From NCBI GenBank assembly GCA_000146045.2, contig BK006945.2, forward strand, positions 192,001-256,000: a stretch of DNA of 64,000 nt, in the 5' to 3' direction. The first letter of the stretch is position 1, and each line of letters begins with the position of its first letter. A model generated the notes under the pieces. The model saw only the letters and a list, made by a program, of their open reading frames with translations. It ran no database searches and had not been told where the DNA came from. The DNA comes from TPA_inf: Saccharomyces (taxonomy: Eukaryota). The translations under genes and the position numbers were made by a program. Shown piece by piece: positions 12,225 through 23,439 of this stretch.

Positions 12225-12785
12225 ATGCCGGTCTTAAATACGAGAACTTCTTATCCCAATATCGACTTTCATGGTACTAAGGTTTCTGATGTTCTAGATG
12301 CCTTTGAATTTGAAAAGCATGATGATCCCTTAAGGGATAAATGGAACACTTTACAGTTTTTGGAAAAGAGCTTTGAATCTAAATTTGAATCTGCATCAGA
12401 GTTAATCCAAGGAGGCGAGCTAGCTGCTATTAAAGAAAGAAATTTTCAATTAGCCAAACTAAATAATCTTTGCTTTCGGGTACGAGAGTCCATCAAAAGA
12501 AGACAAGACCTGGAGAAAAAGTTAAGAACTTTATCGCAGGACACTGACAACGAATTGCTTTTTCTGATGTTGGAAAATGAGAGAAGAAAGAAAAGTTCAG
12601 TGATAATAGAGTTTCTTTCTGAGATAATCAGAGAGAAATCCAAAAGATTAACTGCAGAAGAGCAAGGCTTTGTAAATCAAAATGAAGTAAAACCCCTCAT
12701 TCTGGACCTTTCTGCACGGATAAATAGATTGAATTCTATTCTAGAAACAAAAAATACTTGTATTAGAAGATTAAGTAATCAATAA
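12225..12785 (+). CDS. uncharacterised protein YLR031W, 186 aa from the first ATG, predicted coiled-coil
   Basis: The ORF-track start at 12168 is TTG. The first ATG is at 12225 (MPVLNTRTSYPN...). The same frame is open upstream to 12006, so it overlaps the end of YLR030W in a different frame. Confidence 0.65.
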   Translation: MPVLNTRTSYPNIDFHGTKVSDVLDAFEFEKHDDPLRDKWNTLQFLEKSFESKFESASELIQGGELAAIKERNFQLAKLNNLCFRVRESIKRRQDLEKKLRTLSQDTDNELLFLMLENERRKKSSVIIEFLSEIIREKSKRLTAEEQGFVNQNEVKPLILDLSARINRLNSILETKNTCIRRLSNQ

Positions 12786-12990
12786 GTAGTTAAATTTTCA
12801 TAAATTATTACTTTCTTACATGTTAGTTGGCGCGTCGTCTGGCTGAAAATTTTACGCGTCATAAACCCTTAACTTTTCCACACATTATTCCTTACTGCTA
12901 AGCGCATTGCTCACTTGAAAGTAAATTATCTACAAAGTTACATTATCAAAAGGCCTTAGAAACACACCTAAAGTCTTACAGTATCACAAT

Positions 12991-15900
12991 ATGAGTCATA
13001 TTGAACAGGAAGAAAGGAAGAGGTTTTTTAACGATGACCTTGACACTTCAGAAACATCGTTAAACTTCAAATCTGAGAATAAAGAGTCGTTTTTATTTGC
13101 AAATAGTCATAATGATGATGATGATGATGTTGTTGTATCAGTGAGTGATACAACAGAAGGAGAGGGAGACCGATCTATTGTGCCAGTCAGGCGAGAAATA
13201 GAAGAAGAAGGCCAGAATCAGTTTATTACAGAGCTTTTAAGGATTATTCCAGAAATGCCAAAGGATCTTGTGATGGAACTTAATGAAAAATTCGGCAGTC
13301 AGGAGGAAGGGCTCTCTTTAGCATTATCACATTACTTTGATCACAATAGCGGGACGTCTATCAGCAAAATACCGTCTTCCCCGAATCAACTAAATACACT
13401 CTCAGATACCTCAAATTCAACCTTGTCCCCATCTTCATTCCATCCTAAAAGAAGAAGAATATACGGGTTCAGAAACCAAACACGATTAGAAGATAAAGTT
13501 ACTTGGAAAAGATTTATAGGTGCTTTGCAAGTCACTGGTATGGCTACCAGACCCACCGTCAGGCCCTTGAAGTACGGCTCTCAGATGAAGCTAAAGAGAT
13601 CAAGTGAAGAGATTTCTGCTACTAAAGTATATGACTCACGTGGTAGAAAGAAAGCGTCCATGGCTAGTTTGGTAAGAATTTTTGATATCCAATATGATAG
13701 AGAAATTGGCAGAGTTTCGGAAGACATTGCTCAAATACTATACCCTCTTTTAAGTTCACACGAAATAAGTTTTGAAGTTACATTGATTTTTTGTGATAAT
13801 AAACGGTTGAGTATAGGTGATAGCTTTATTCTACAATTGGATTGCTTTTTAACATCTCTCATTTTTGAGGAACGTAATGATGGAGAATCCTTGATGAAAA
13901 GAAGACGTACAGAGGGAGGAAATAAAAGAGAGAAAGACAATGGAAATTTTGGAAGAACATTGACTGAAACTGATGAAGAGCTAGAAAGCCGCTCGAAAAG
14001 ACTGGCTCTACTAAAGTTATTTGATAAATTGAGGCTAAAGCCTATTTTGGACGAGCAGAAGGCATTAGAAAAGCATAAAATAGAGCTTAATAGTGACCCC
14101 GAAATCATTGATTTAGATAACGACGAGATTTGCTCTAATCAAGTGACTGAAGTCCATAACAATCTCCGAGATACTCAGCACGAAGAAGAAACAATGAACT
14201 TGAATCAATTGAAAACATTTTATAAGGCCGCACAATCATCAGAATCTTTAAAAAGTTTGCCTGAAACAGAACCTTCTCGCGATGTCTTCAAGCTAGAACT
14301 AAGAAATTATCAAAAGCAAGGTCTTACTTGGATGCTAAGGAGGGAGCAAGAGTTTGCCAAAGCAGCCTCTGATGGTGAGGCTTCAGAAACGGGTGCTAAT
14401 ATGATAAACCCATTATGGAAGCAGTTCAAATGGCCAAATGATATGTCGTGGGCAGCTCAAAATTTGCAGCAGGACCATGTAAACGTTGAAGATGGCATAT
14501 TCTTTTATGCGAACTTACATTCTGGTGAATTTTCGCTAGCAAAACCTATATTAAAAACTATGATAAAGGGTGGCATATTATCAGATGAAATGGGGTTGGG
14601 TAAAACAGTGGCAGCGTATTCTTTAGTTTTATCTTGTCCTCACGATAGTGATGTTGTTGACAAGAAACTGTTTGATATTGAGAACACAGCAGTCTCAGAT
14701 AATCTTCCAAGCACTTGGCAAGATAATAAGAAACCATATGCTTCAAAAACAACGCTAATCGTGGTCCCAATGTCTTTGTTAACGCAGTGGAGTAACGAGT
14801 TTACAAAAGCTAATAATTCCCCCGATATGTATCATGAGGTGTATTATGGTGGGAATGTTTCCAGTTTGAAAACCCTATTAACCAAGACAAAAACCCCTCC
14901 AACTGTAGTCCTTACTACATATGGTATTGTTCAAAATGAATGGACTAAACATTCCAAGGGAAGGATGACAGATGAGGACGTCAATATATCTTCAGGCTTA
15001 TTTTCTGTCAATTTTTATCGCATAATAATCGACGAGGGTCATAACATTAGAAACAGAACGACAGTTACATCTAAAGCAGTCATGGCTTTACAAGGCAAAT
15101 GTAAATGGGTTTTAACAGGAACACCAATTATTAACAGGCTTGACGATTTATACAGTCTGGTTAAGTTTTTAGAGTTAGATCCCTGGCGGCAAATTAATTA
15201 CTGGAAGACCTTTGTATCAACGCCTTTTGAGAGTAAAAATTACAAACAAGCATTTGATGTGGTGAATGCAATTCTGGAACCCGTATTGTTAAGAAGGACA
15301 AAACAAATGAAAGATAAAGATGGTAAGCCATTAGTAGAGTTGCCACCAAAGGAGGTCGTTATTAAAAGACTTCCCTTCAGTAAATCTCAAGATCTTCTAT
15401 ACAAGTTTCTGTTGGATAAGGCTGAAGTTTCTGTTAAATCGGGTATTGCACGCGGTGATTTATTGAAAAAGTACTCCACTATCCTTGTCCATATTTTAAG
15501 ATTGAGGCAAGTCTGTTGCCATCCCGGTCTTATTGGGAGTCAAGATGAGAACGATGAGGATTTATCTAAAAATAATAAATTGGTTACGGAACAAACGGTG
15601 GAGCTTGACTCTTTAATGCGTGTTGTTTCCGAGAGATTCGATAACTCATTTTCTAAGGAGGAATTAGATGCAATGATACAAAGATTAAAAGTTAAATATC
15701 CAGACAATAAATCGTTTCAGTCCTTAGAGTGCTCCATCTGCACAACGGAACCTATGGATTTGGACAAGGCTTTATTTACAGAATGCGGCCACAGTTTTTG
15801 TGAGAAATGTTTATTTGAATATATTGAGTTTCAGAACAGTAAGAATTTGGGTTTAAAGTGCCCCAATTGCCGTAACCAAATAGACGCTTGTCGGTTGTTG

Positions 15901-16500
15901 GCATTGGTACAAACGAATAGCAACTCGAAAAATTTGGAATTCAAACCATATTCACCAGCCTCCAAATCAAGCAAAATCACTGCTTTATTGAAGGAGCTTC
16001 AATTGCTACAGGATAGTTCGGCAGGCGAACAAGTTGTCATTTTTTCCCAATTTTCTACATACTTGGATATCCTGGAGAAAGAGCTAACTCATACTTTCTC
16101 AAAAGATGTTGCAAAAATTTATAAATTCGATGGACGTCTCTCATTAAAAGAAAGAACTAGTGTATTAGCAGATTTTGCCGTTAAAGACTATAGCAGGCAA
16201 AAAATCCTATTACTCTCGCTGAAGGCTGGTGGCGTGGGTTTGAATCTAACGTGTGCTTCCCACGCTTATATGATGGACCCATGGTGGTCGCCCAGTATGG
16301 AAGATCAGGCAATCGATAGACTGCATAGAATTGGCCAGACAAACAGCGTCAAAGTTATGAGATTTATCATACAAGATAGCATAGAAGAAAAAATGCTACG
16401 CATTCAAGAAAAGAAGAGAACCATCGGTGAGGCCATGGACACAGACGAAGACGAGAGAAGAAAAAGGAGAATTGAAGAAATCCAGATGCTGTTTGAATAG
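12991..16500 (+). CDS. RAD5: DNA helicase / RING E3 ubiquitin ligase Rad5 (error-free post-replication repair)
   Basis: 1169 aa. It carries SNF2-family helicase motifs (DEMGLGKT, DEGHNIRN), a C3HC4 RING finger (CSICTTEP...CGHSFCEKC...CPNCR) and a helicase C-terminal domain. Length matches. Confidence 0.92.
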   Translation: MSHIEQEERKRFFNDDLDTSETSLNFKSENKESFLFANSHNDDDDDVVVSVSDTTEGEGDRSIVPVRREIEEEGQNQFITELLRIIPEMPKDLVMELNEKFGSQEEGLSLALSHYFDHNSGTSISKIPSSPNQLNTLSDTSNSTLSPSSFHPKRRRIYGFRNQTRLEDKVTWKRFIGALQVTGMATRPTVRPLKYGSQMKLKRSSEEISATKVYDSRGRKKASMASLVRIFDIQYDREIGRVSEDIAQILYPLLSSHEISFEVTLIFCDNKRLSIGDSFILQLDCFLTSLIFEERNDGESLMKRRRTEGGNKREKDNGNFGRTLTETDEELESRSKRLALLKLFDKLRLKPILDEQKALEKHKIELNSDPEIIDLDNDEICSNQVTEVHNNLRDTQHEEETMNLNQLKTFYKAAQSSESLKSLPETEPSRDVFKLELRNYQKQGLTWMLRREQEFAKAASDGEASETGANMINPLWKQFKWPNDMSWAAQNLQQDHVNVEDGIFFYANLHSGEFSLAKPILKTMIKGGILSDEMGLGKTVAAYSLVLSCPHDSDVVDKKLFDIENTAVSDNLPSTWQDNKKPYASKTTLIVVPMSLLTQWSNEFTKANNSPDMYHEVYYGGNVSSLKTLLTKTKTPPTVVLTTYGIVQNEWTKHSKGRMTDEDVNISSGLFSVNFYRIIIDEGHNIRNRTTVTSKAVMALQGKCKWVLTGTPIINRLDDLYSLVKFLELDPWRQINYWKTFVSTPFESKNYKQAFDVVNAILEPVLLRRTKQMKDKDGKPLVELPPKEVVIKRLPFSKSQDLLYKFLLDKAEVSVKSGIARGDLLKKYSTILVHILRLRQVCCHPGLIGSQDENDEDLSKNNKLVTEQTVELDSLMRVVSERFDNSFSKEELDAMIQRLKVKYPDNKSFQSLECSICTTEPMDLDKALFTECGHSFCEKCLFEYIEFQNSKNLGLKCPNCRNQIDACRLLALVQTNSNSKNLEFKPYSPASKSSKITALLKELQLLQDSSAGEQVVIFSQFSTYLDILEKELTHTFSKDVAKIYKFDGRLSLKERTSVLADFAVKDYSRQKILLLSLKAGGVGLNLTCASHAYMMDPWWSPSMEDQAIDRLHRIGQTNSVKVMRFIIQDSIEEKMLRIQEKKRTIGEAMDTDEDERRKRRIEEIQMLFE

Positions 16501-16760
16501 TCATACCACATACTCATATATAAAGACTTTATTTATTATTATTTTCAACCCGAAAGAACTAATTATTCTTCAGCTACTTCATGCAACTTCTATTATCTTC
16601 CTTTTCCGTTACCCGTATTTTTAAGTTGCAATTATTAAAAAAACAATTAAGAAAATAAAACAGCGCCATAAGGCATGGACGATAGAAATACGAAGACGAA
16701 GAAAATCATCATCAGTCGGGATCAAATAAGAGATAATTTTGAAAATCGAAAGTTTTCATT

Positions 16761-18269
16761 ATGACAGAAAGTGTAGGTGGAAATAAACTAGTAGATTTTT
16801 TGGTAAATGTTCAATCCATTTTGAATGCTGCCTCTGTGAAATGTCATGTAGTAGATGAAAGTTTTCCAGCCAAGTTCTTTGAGAAAAATCCGGATAAGAT
16901 ATATGAATCATATTGTAAATTCATTAAAAATAGAAGTAACTCTGAAGGTTTGATACGTAATGAAGATAAATTAGTTTTGACAACTATCAATAAGAGGTTT
17001 GAAAATGGAGAGTACGAACCCATACAAGGTGGGTTTTATAAGCTGTATCACGACATTAAGCTGGTTTGTACAATCCTCATTCACTTTTATCCTCAGGGTA
17101 CAAGAAACTACCAATTAGTCGACAAGTTCTACAAATTTTCTTCAGAGCTTTTATTACGAGAATGTTGTAGGATAGGAATTGCTCTAACGCAAACTAATAA
17201 TATTAAATCAAGAAGTGGTAAGTTGTTGAGCGGAAACGAGATGGATGAATACGACGATGACGATGCAACAGAACTAGACAAAATAATCTCTTATGATTTT
17301 ATTAAGATTTCTATGAATTACACAGTGCCGATTTCTCAAACATATCAGATAAGAACGAAGGATATGGACCTTTTTTCTTCGATAATTTCTAAATCTAATC
17401 TTGACAAAAGACCTCATGAACTTCCTAATACAAACTTCAAAATAAACAACGTCTTACCTCAAACTGATATAGAAAACGAAGCTCCAAGATTAGGATTTGT
17501 AGGCGCTAATACTAGTAATATTCCGGACCCTACGTTACCACCAACTGAAATGATGACTAGATTTTTGCATCCAAATTGGTATGCTTTACCTACAACCGTC
17601 TGGCTAAAATATGGTAATTATAATTCTTGGGCACCTTCCTTTAATGAAAACGGCACCGTTGTGGATTCGACAACAAGGGGTCTTATTTGGCTTGAAAGAA
17701 TTGGTTATATGGACTTGTATGAAAAAAATGAAAAGAAAGTAAAACAAGAAGAATTACTGAACACGAATGAAGAAGGCATAAACAGGAAGCAGAACGATGA
17801 AAACAACAAAAATGTTGACGGCAAAAGCAATGGCGTTCAGGACGATGGTGGTGATAATGATAATGATGCGACTATCGCTTCTGCAAATTCAGAGAGTACT
17901 GAGAATAAGGAACAATTCATAATCAAGCTTCAAAACTTATATAATTGGACACCATCTAATTACATTGGAGATGACGAAATTGAGAACTTTCGAAATGGCA
18001 CACCAGATAAGTTGGTTTCAGACTCTCTCTTAAAACTTAAAAGACTTAGAAAGGAGAGGATTTTAAATAAAGTTTTGAAGCCTACTACGGAGGAACGAGA
18101 ATTATACTTCAAAGTGAAAAGAATACTAAAGGAGGTTATCTTAGCAAAGAAGGTTTCCAAGGTTCCTATAAACAATGTAAGGGCCTTTCCAGTATTACAA
18201 ACAAACTATAATGGTAGCATACCTGTGGTAAGGGCGCAACCAGGTCGTAAACGGAAACACAAGAAATAA
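16761..18269 (+). CDS. RSC58: RSC chromatin-remodelling complex subunit
   Basis: 502 aa with ATG at 16761. Position and length match YLR033W. The call rests on synteny and size; the protein has no catalytic motifs. Confidence 0.8.
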   Translation: MTESVGGNKLVDFLVNVQSILNAASVKCHVVDESFPAKFFEKNPDKIYESYCKFIKNRSNSEGLIRNEDKLVLTTINKRFENGEYEPIQGGFYKLYHDIKLVCTILIHFYPQGTRNYQLVDKFYKFSSELLLRECCRIGIALTQTNNIKSRSGKLLSGNEMDEYDDDDATELDKIISYDFIKISMNYTVPISQTYQIRTKDMDLFSSIISKSNLDKRPHELPNTNFKINNVLPQTDIENEAPRLGFVGANTSNIPDPTLPPTEMMTRFLHPNWYALPTTVWLKYGNYNSWAPSFNENGTVVDSTTRGLIWLERIGYMDLYEKNEKKVKQEELLNTNEEGINRKQNDENNKNVDGKSNGVQDDGGDNDNDATIASANSESTENKEQFIIKLQNLYNWTPSNYIGDDEIENFRNGTPDKLVSDSLLKLKRLRKERILNKVLKPTTEERELYFKVKRILKEVILAKKVSKVPINNVRAFPVLQTNYNGSIPVVRAQPGRKRKHKK

Positions 18270-18511
18270 ATAGTGTCAGCGGTAGTGGAATCAAAGATAA
18301 ATAATGAATTATCTTTGTTTTAGTTTCATGAAAGCTCATCAAGTCTTTTTTGACTAATGTATGTTTATATTTTGATATTAGATAAAGTATGCATTTGTTC
18401 TGAAGGCTATGCATACGTAAGTATATACTTGGGTTGTATTATGCAGAATAAAGAAATGAGAGAAAACAAGAATCGAGAGAAAACGACACACTTGACAATA
18501 AATAGGTTCCA

Positions 18512-19933
18512 TTAAAAATGGATGTCGGCACCTAAGAGATAGGAAATCACCAAATAGCAATTCAAGCTCCCGATTAAAGCCCATACGAAAACAGAGGTAT
18601 AGGTCAACAAACGACTGTTAGTAAAATCAACTATTTTACTGTGCTTGGAGTTCAATGGAGTGGTTTCATCAGCAATGGCGTTAACATCGGCAGGTGCTCT
18701 TACCACACCATTTTCGTCATGAACAACCATCAACTTTCTATTTGCGGTAAAATAAATTAAAGGAGCGGATACGATTGGTAAAATTAAGGACAAGACCACT
18801 TGAGAAAAATTCAAAATATCTGAAATTCCCTTTTCCCCCATGGTTAAAGTAACAAATAAACATGGTACAATGGCAATCAATCTGGTGCACAATCTTGTGG
18901 CCCAAGGTGGTAAAGACCACTGTAAAAATCCCTCAGAAACGATTTGCCCGGCAAGTGTACAGATGATACCGGCAGATTGACCAGAACATAACATGGCCAA
19001 TGCAAAGATTAACCCTGCCGCAGGAGATATGTAGTGGACCAGTAATTTGTAAATAGATAACAAATCAGCATCCTCTGCCTCAGGTTGGCCTGATAAAGTA
19101 GCACCTGCAACAATTAAAATAGCGGAATTAACAAAGGTGGCAATTAAGAACAAAGAAATGATTAGTTCAGCGTACGCATAGTTTAACGTATATTTTATAG
19201 CGCTTAAACTTGGGCGGGCATTAACCTTACCGTATTTCTTCAAATCGTAATCGTGCAATCTTGGTTTAACAATGGATGAGCCCAAGTATAATGAATGAGG
19301 CATCACAGTGGCACCTAAGATACCCAATGAAATGTAAAGAGCTTGTTGTTCCTTAAAAATGATATTTGAAGGCAAAAACCCTTTAAACAATTCAGCTTTG
19401 TCTGGGATTGAAACTTTAAACAGCTCCAAAACAAAGCAAATGCAAGTTCCAATGACCAAAATCCCAACGCCAAATTCGAAAACCCTAACTTTTTTTAAGG
19501 ACTGGCCGTTTGGTGTGTAGAACATTAAAATTACCAAAACATCTAGCACCGTTAATAAGACACCCCAAGTTAGTGGTATTTTGAAAAGAATTTGTAAAGC
19601 GATGGCAGTGCCTACAACCTCGGCCAGATCAGTAGCAATGATTGCCACTTCAGCGAAAAGGTAAAGGGTATAGTTTAGCTTTTTAGGCAAATTATGACGA
19701 CAGTTTTCAGCCAAATCATAGCCAGTGATAGTACCCAGCTTCACACAGAGACATTGCAAAAGTACGGCAAAAATGTTGGATATAAAAATAGAGAATAATA
19801 AGGTATATTTGTATTGAGCACCACCGGAAACACTAGTGGCATAATTTCCTGGGTCCATATAAGCCACACTGACTAATATCCCTGGCCCAATAAATTTGGC
19901 AAATTTTTGAAGAATCTGCATATAAGATCGCAT
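18512..19933 (-). CDS. SMF3: NRAMP-family divalent metal (iron) transporter
   Basis: 473 aa with multiple transmembrane helices and NRAMP signatures (DPGNYATS, MPHSLYLGS). Minus-strand ATG at 19931-19933. Confidence 0.9.
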   Translation of the reverse strand: MRSYMQILQKFAKFIGPGILVSVAYMDPGNYATSVSGGAQYKYTLLFSIFISNIFAVLLQCLCVKLGTITGYDLAENCRHNLPKKLNYTLYLFAEVAIIATDLAEVVGTAIALQILFKIPLTWGVLLTVLDVLVILMFYTPNGQSLKKVRVFEFGVGILVIGTCICFVLELFKVSIPDKAELFKGFLPSNIIFKEQQALYISLGILGATVMPHSLYLGSSIVKPRLHDYDLKKYGKVNARPSLSAIKYTLNYAYAELIISLFLIATFVNSAILIVAGATLSGQPEAEDADLLSIYKLLVHYISPAAGLIFALAMLCSGQSAGIICTLAGQIVSEGFLQWSLPPWATRLCTRLIAIVPCLFVTLTMGEKGISDILNFSQVVLSLILPIVSAPLIYFTANRKLMVVHDENGVVRAPADVNAIADETTPLNSKHSKIVDFTNSRLLTYTSVFVWALIGSLNCYLVISYLLGADIHF

Positions 19934-20356
19934 TTTTTTTCTCTTGTGATGCTACTACTGTTATCAATTAGCTTGGAAGAACGATATATTTAAAGGAGTT
20001 CAGAAGGAAATAATAGTTTGGGTATGACAACTGAAAAAAAAAATGAACTAATATATAAAGGAACCCCGTATATTTATGTGGAGTGATCTTTGTCTTCTAG
20101 CTCCTTTGAAATAAATATTCAATTATGCAACCTCACAGAATCAGATGAATGAGATATATACAGTATAAATACCTTTAGTCGCATGACAACAGGATGTCGT
20201 AACAATGCAATATTAGAGCATTTTTAAGTTGACCCAAAACGGAAATTTCAAGGTGCGGAAACTGGAAGAGAGGCAGGGCGGGCAACAGGGTGCGGTTACC
20301 ATGAGTTACAAACAATGGTCTATTATGAAGTAATCTATTGTGCTGAGTGGTGATAG

Positions 20357-20363
20357 TGCACCC
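20357..20363 (+). promoter_or_regulatory. candidate Aft1/Aft2 iron-responsive element (TGCACCC within GTGCACCCG) upstream of SMF3
   Basis: It matches the PyPuCACCCPu consensus and lies about 424 bp upstream of the SMF3 ATG, 6 bp past the MLH2 stop. SMF3 is known to be iron-regulated. Confidence 0.4.
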
Positions 20364-20368
20364 GATCA

Positions 20369-22456
20369 TCAGGGGCTGTCTGGCGTGAAGAGGCACCATT
20401 CATTTGTCGTGGCTTCAATGTGTCCCGGTTTCTTCACATGCGCTCGCAAGGCTTGCAAAAGACTGGAAGAAGGGCTTGTGGCATCGTCCCTCGATCGTAA
20501 CCACAGAGTTTCTTTGGCAAAGTTATCGCTGTCATGCTTAACAATTTTTTCATTCTTCAGGGTATAGACGTAGTTGTTGGTATACTCGGAAAAATGCATG
20601 AGTTTCGGCCTTGTTTTGTGCATGCAGGATGCTTTCTTTATATAATTATCAGTTACTTTTTTTTTCGAATTTCGTGGAATGGTCATGTCCACGGTATTGT
20701 TTCTTTTACCGTAGGTTTGCTGAAGCTTTATTAGTTCCTTTTTTTCTGTATTTGAAAGCTGTCTTTCGTTGGGCATTCCCCTTTTATTGGCATCTCCACA
20801 GCTAGTACGTTTGGCCTCAAGTAAGTTTTCGCTCAGTTTCTTGTTGACGTTTCTTATTTTTGTGATCATAAAAGGATTAGAAATAGAAGCGTCCTTAGAA
20901 AGTTCTAAATCCTCGTTCTCTGGAATAGTTTCTATATAGTTATAAGTTAATGACGAGGGTAATGTTGAGGATCCAGCTCCTGCTACTTCACTATTTTCGC
21001 TTAGTTCTTGTTGGAAATTATGTCGCCAATTAGTACTGTCCTCGGAAGCCATAGACCCGGAACTCGAGCTTCTATAACTTGAAATGGTCAGCTGAGTTTG
21101 TTCGTCAAGAGCTTTATCCTCGCTAAATTTTGTAGGTGAAGGAGTAGCAGCGACAATGGTCGTATTCTCTAAGTTTGCTTCATCGTAAAAAGTTGGTACT
21201 ATCAAATCTGAGTTTTTTTGTGGGATGTCAGTCTTGTCTTTACCACTAACAGCACCACAGCCCTTTGATATTTCATTCTCTGCGTCGGGTGTAGGTATCA
21301 CCAGTGCGGGAGAAGTTTTTTCGTTGATAGAAGGCTGAACATGTTTATCTCCCAGCATATTTGTTTCGATGCCAATTCTCTCCTCCAATAACAACTTTAA
21401 CTTATTCTCTATCTTCTTAAATATCACTTCAAAACTTTTGATCATCACGTCATTTTTCTCTGGTTCGATATTTACGTCAAGAAGCTTTGTATCGCAATTT
21501 AAATTAATAAACCAAACCATAGGATCTAGTAAAGAGAAATCTCTATAGATTGACGATAGTAACTTAGAAATAGTCTTCCCCGTCTCCAAGTTCAAAGATA
21601 GCGCTCTCTCATTAACAGATAAAAATTTAAATCGTCTCTTTATATTAATAACGTCAGATTCTGGCACCATCCTCGGTAAGATCAAATCTAAATTTATTTT
21701 TTCGTCGATAACAAAGTTTTCTTCTACAATAAAGTTCAGCGGCACAGGCTTTTTTAGTCTAGCTAGTAGGGACAAACTTCTAGCTCTAGAAATCTTAGGG
21801 TCTAACGTTTCTTGCATTTGTTTACGCTCTATGGCACCATTTTTTTGTAATGACACCAACGAAAAATAAAACCGAATATTTCTATGAATTAGAGAATAAT
21901 GGTTTATTAAATAGATTAGTTCATCGAATGTTTTTCTTGGCCTCGAAGAAATTTCGAGATACCTTGCTCGTAACCCTCCCAGAAGTTTCCTTAATATTAC
22001 TGTAGTCCCCACGGGACAAGATACCTTGTACCTTTTTCCATTGGTAATACCACCCTTACTATCAACTAACCATTTTTCTCCAATGACATCATCTGCAGTT
22101 TTTGTTTCAACCTGCATTGAGCCTTTCTGGTTACACAAGTTTGACAAAAGAAACAATGCTTCACCTCTGAATCCAAGAGTAGTCAGAATCGAAATATCTC
22201 CGAGACTACTCATCTTTGATGTGGTGTATTCCAAGCACATAGAAGGTCTGTCGATAATATCCACACCTGATCCATCGTCCTTGACTGATATATATTCACA
22301 TCCTCCCGTAGTGGAATCTACATCGATGAATACTTTTTTAGCACCCGAATCGATGCTATTATCTAATAATTCCCTTACAGCAGCTACCGGACCGTAAATA
22401 AAGGAACTAGAAACAATCTTCCATTGGGATTCTGGAGATAACTGATGTATAGTCAT
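20369..22456 (-). CDS. MLH2: MutL homologue 2 (mismatch repair)
   Basis: 695 aa. The N-terminal GHKL ATPase motifs of the MutL family are present ([11 protein letters not shown]..., GFRGEALF). Length and position match YLR035C. Confidence 0.9.
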
Positions 22457-22882
22457 CCAAAACTATGAAAAGGCGTCTGTTCCTCAAACCGAGATGATGG
22501 GATGTGAAATAACTTTATATGTTTATAAAAGTGATTACTTTTTCTTGTATGGGCGCCAAAAAAGGGCCATGTATATGAGGGATATGGACGACAGTGAGAT
22601 TATTTAAATAGCAAAGACTACAGTAAAAGCAAAAAAGCATTGTGCCAGGGCAATATAGCGAGCACTACTTAAACCCAAATTAGGTGACAAGTGAAAGGTT
22701 TGTTATGCGCAAAACTTATAGATAATGCAGAAGGTAATCTTTTCTGCTGTACTATATGTTCACATTGCAGTGTTACGAATAAATATAAGGATATATAGCT
22801 CTGCTTAAGGGGTTTTCTTGGAATCGAGTCGAGTTATTCTAGAAATTGTTAAAAATAAAGGAGAATAAAAGTAAAAAATAAA

Positions 22883-22955
22883 TGGACGCAACCGGAATCG
22901 AACCGATGACCTCTTCCTTGCAAGGGAAGCGCGCTACCAACTGCGCCATGTGCCC
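22883..22955 (-). tRNA. tA(UGC)L: tRNA-Ala (anticodon UGC)
   Basis: Reverse complement of 22883-22955: GGGCACATGGCGCAGTTGGTAGCGCGCTTCCCTTGCAAGGAAGAGGTCATCGGTTCGATTCCGGTTGCGTCCA. It folds as a cloverleaf with anticodon loop CTTGCAA (UGC) and a GGTTCGATTCC T-arm. The G3:U70 wobble, the alanine identity element, is present. There is no intron. Confidence 0.9.
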
Positions 22956-23074
22956 TAAAACGCGTACAAAGGAGAGGAAATTATTTGACTACTTAGTACT
23001 GTTTTCATAGGTAAACCCTCCACTGTGGCTAAGATGAGTGTTATTCTTCAACCTCATAGAAAGCACGCATGTTA

Positions 23075-23079
23075 CTTTC
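23075..23079. repeat. Ty1 target-site duplication CTTTC (left copy); the right copy is at 29006-29010
   Basis: The identical pentamer CTTTC directly abuts both LTR ends. Confidence 0.85.
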
Positions 23080-23417
23080 TGAGATATATGTGGGTAATTA
23101 GATAATTGTTGGGATTCCATTGTTGATAAAGGCTATAATATTAGGTATACAGAATATACTAGAAGTTCTCCTCGAGGATATAGGAATCCTCAAAATGGAA
23201 TCTATATTTCTACATACTAATATTACGATTATTCCTCATTCCGTTTTATATGTTTATATTCATTGATCCTATTACATTATCAATCCTTGCGTTTCAGCTT
23301 CCTCTAACATCGATGACAGCTTCTCATAACTTATGTCATCATCTTAACACCGTATATGATAATATATTGATAATATAACTATTAGTTGATAGACGATAGT
23401 GGATTTTTATTCCAACA
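23080..23417 (-). repeat. Ty1 3' LTR (delta)
   Basis: It is the reverse complement of the canonical delta sequence (TGTTGGAATAGAAATCAACTATC...GGAATCCCAACAATTATCTCA) and is near-identical to the 28668-29005 copy. The polypurine tract GGGTGGTA (plus-strand TACCACCC, 23418-23425) abuts it on the internal side. Confidence 0.9.
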
Positions 23418-23439
23418 TACCACCCATAATGTAATAGAT

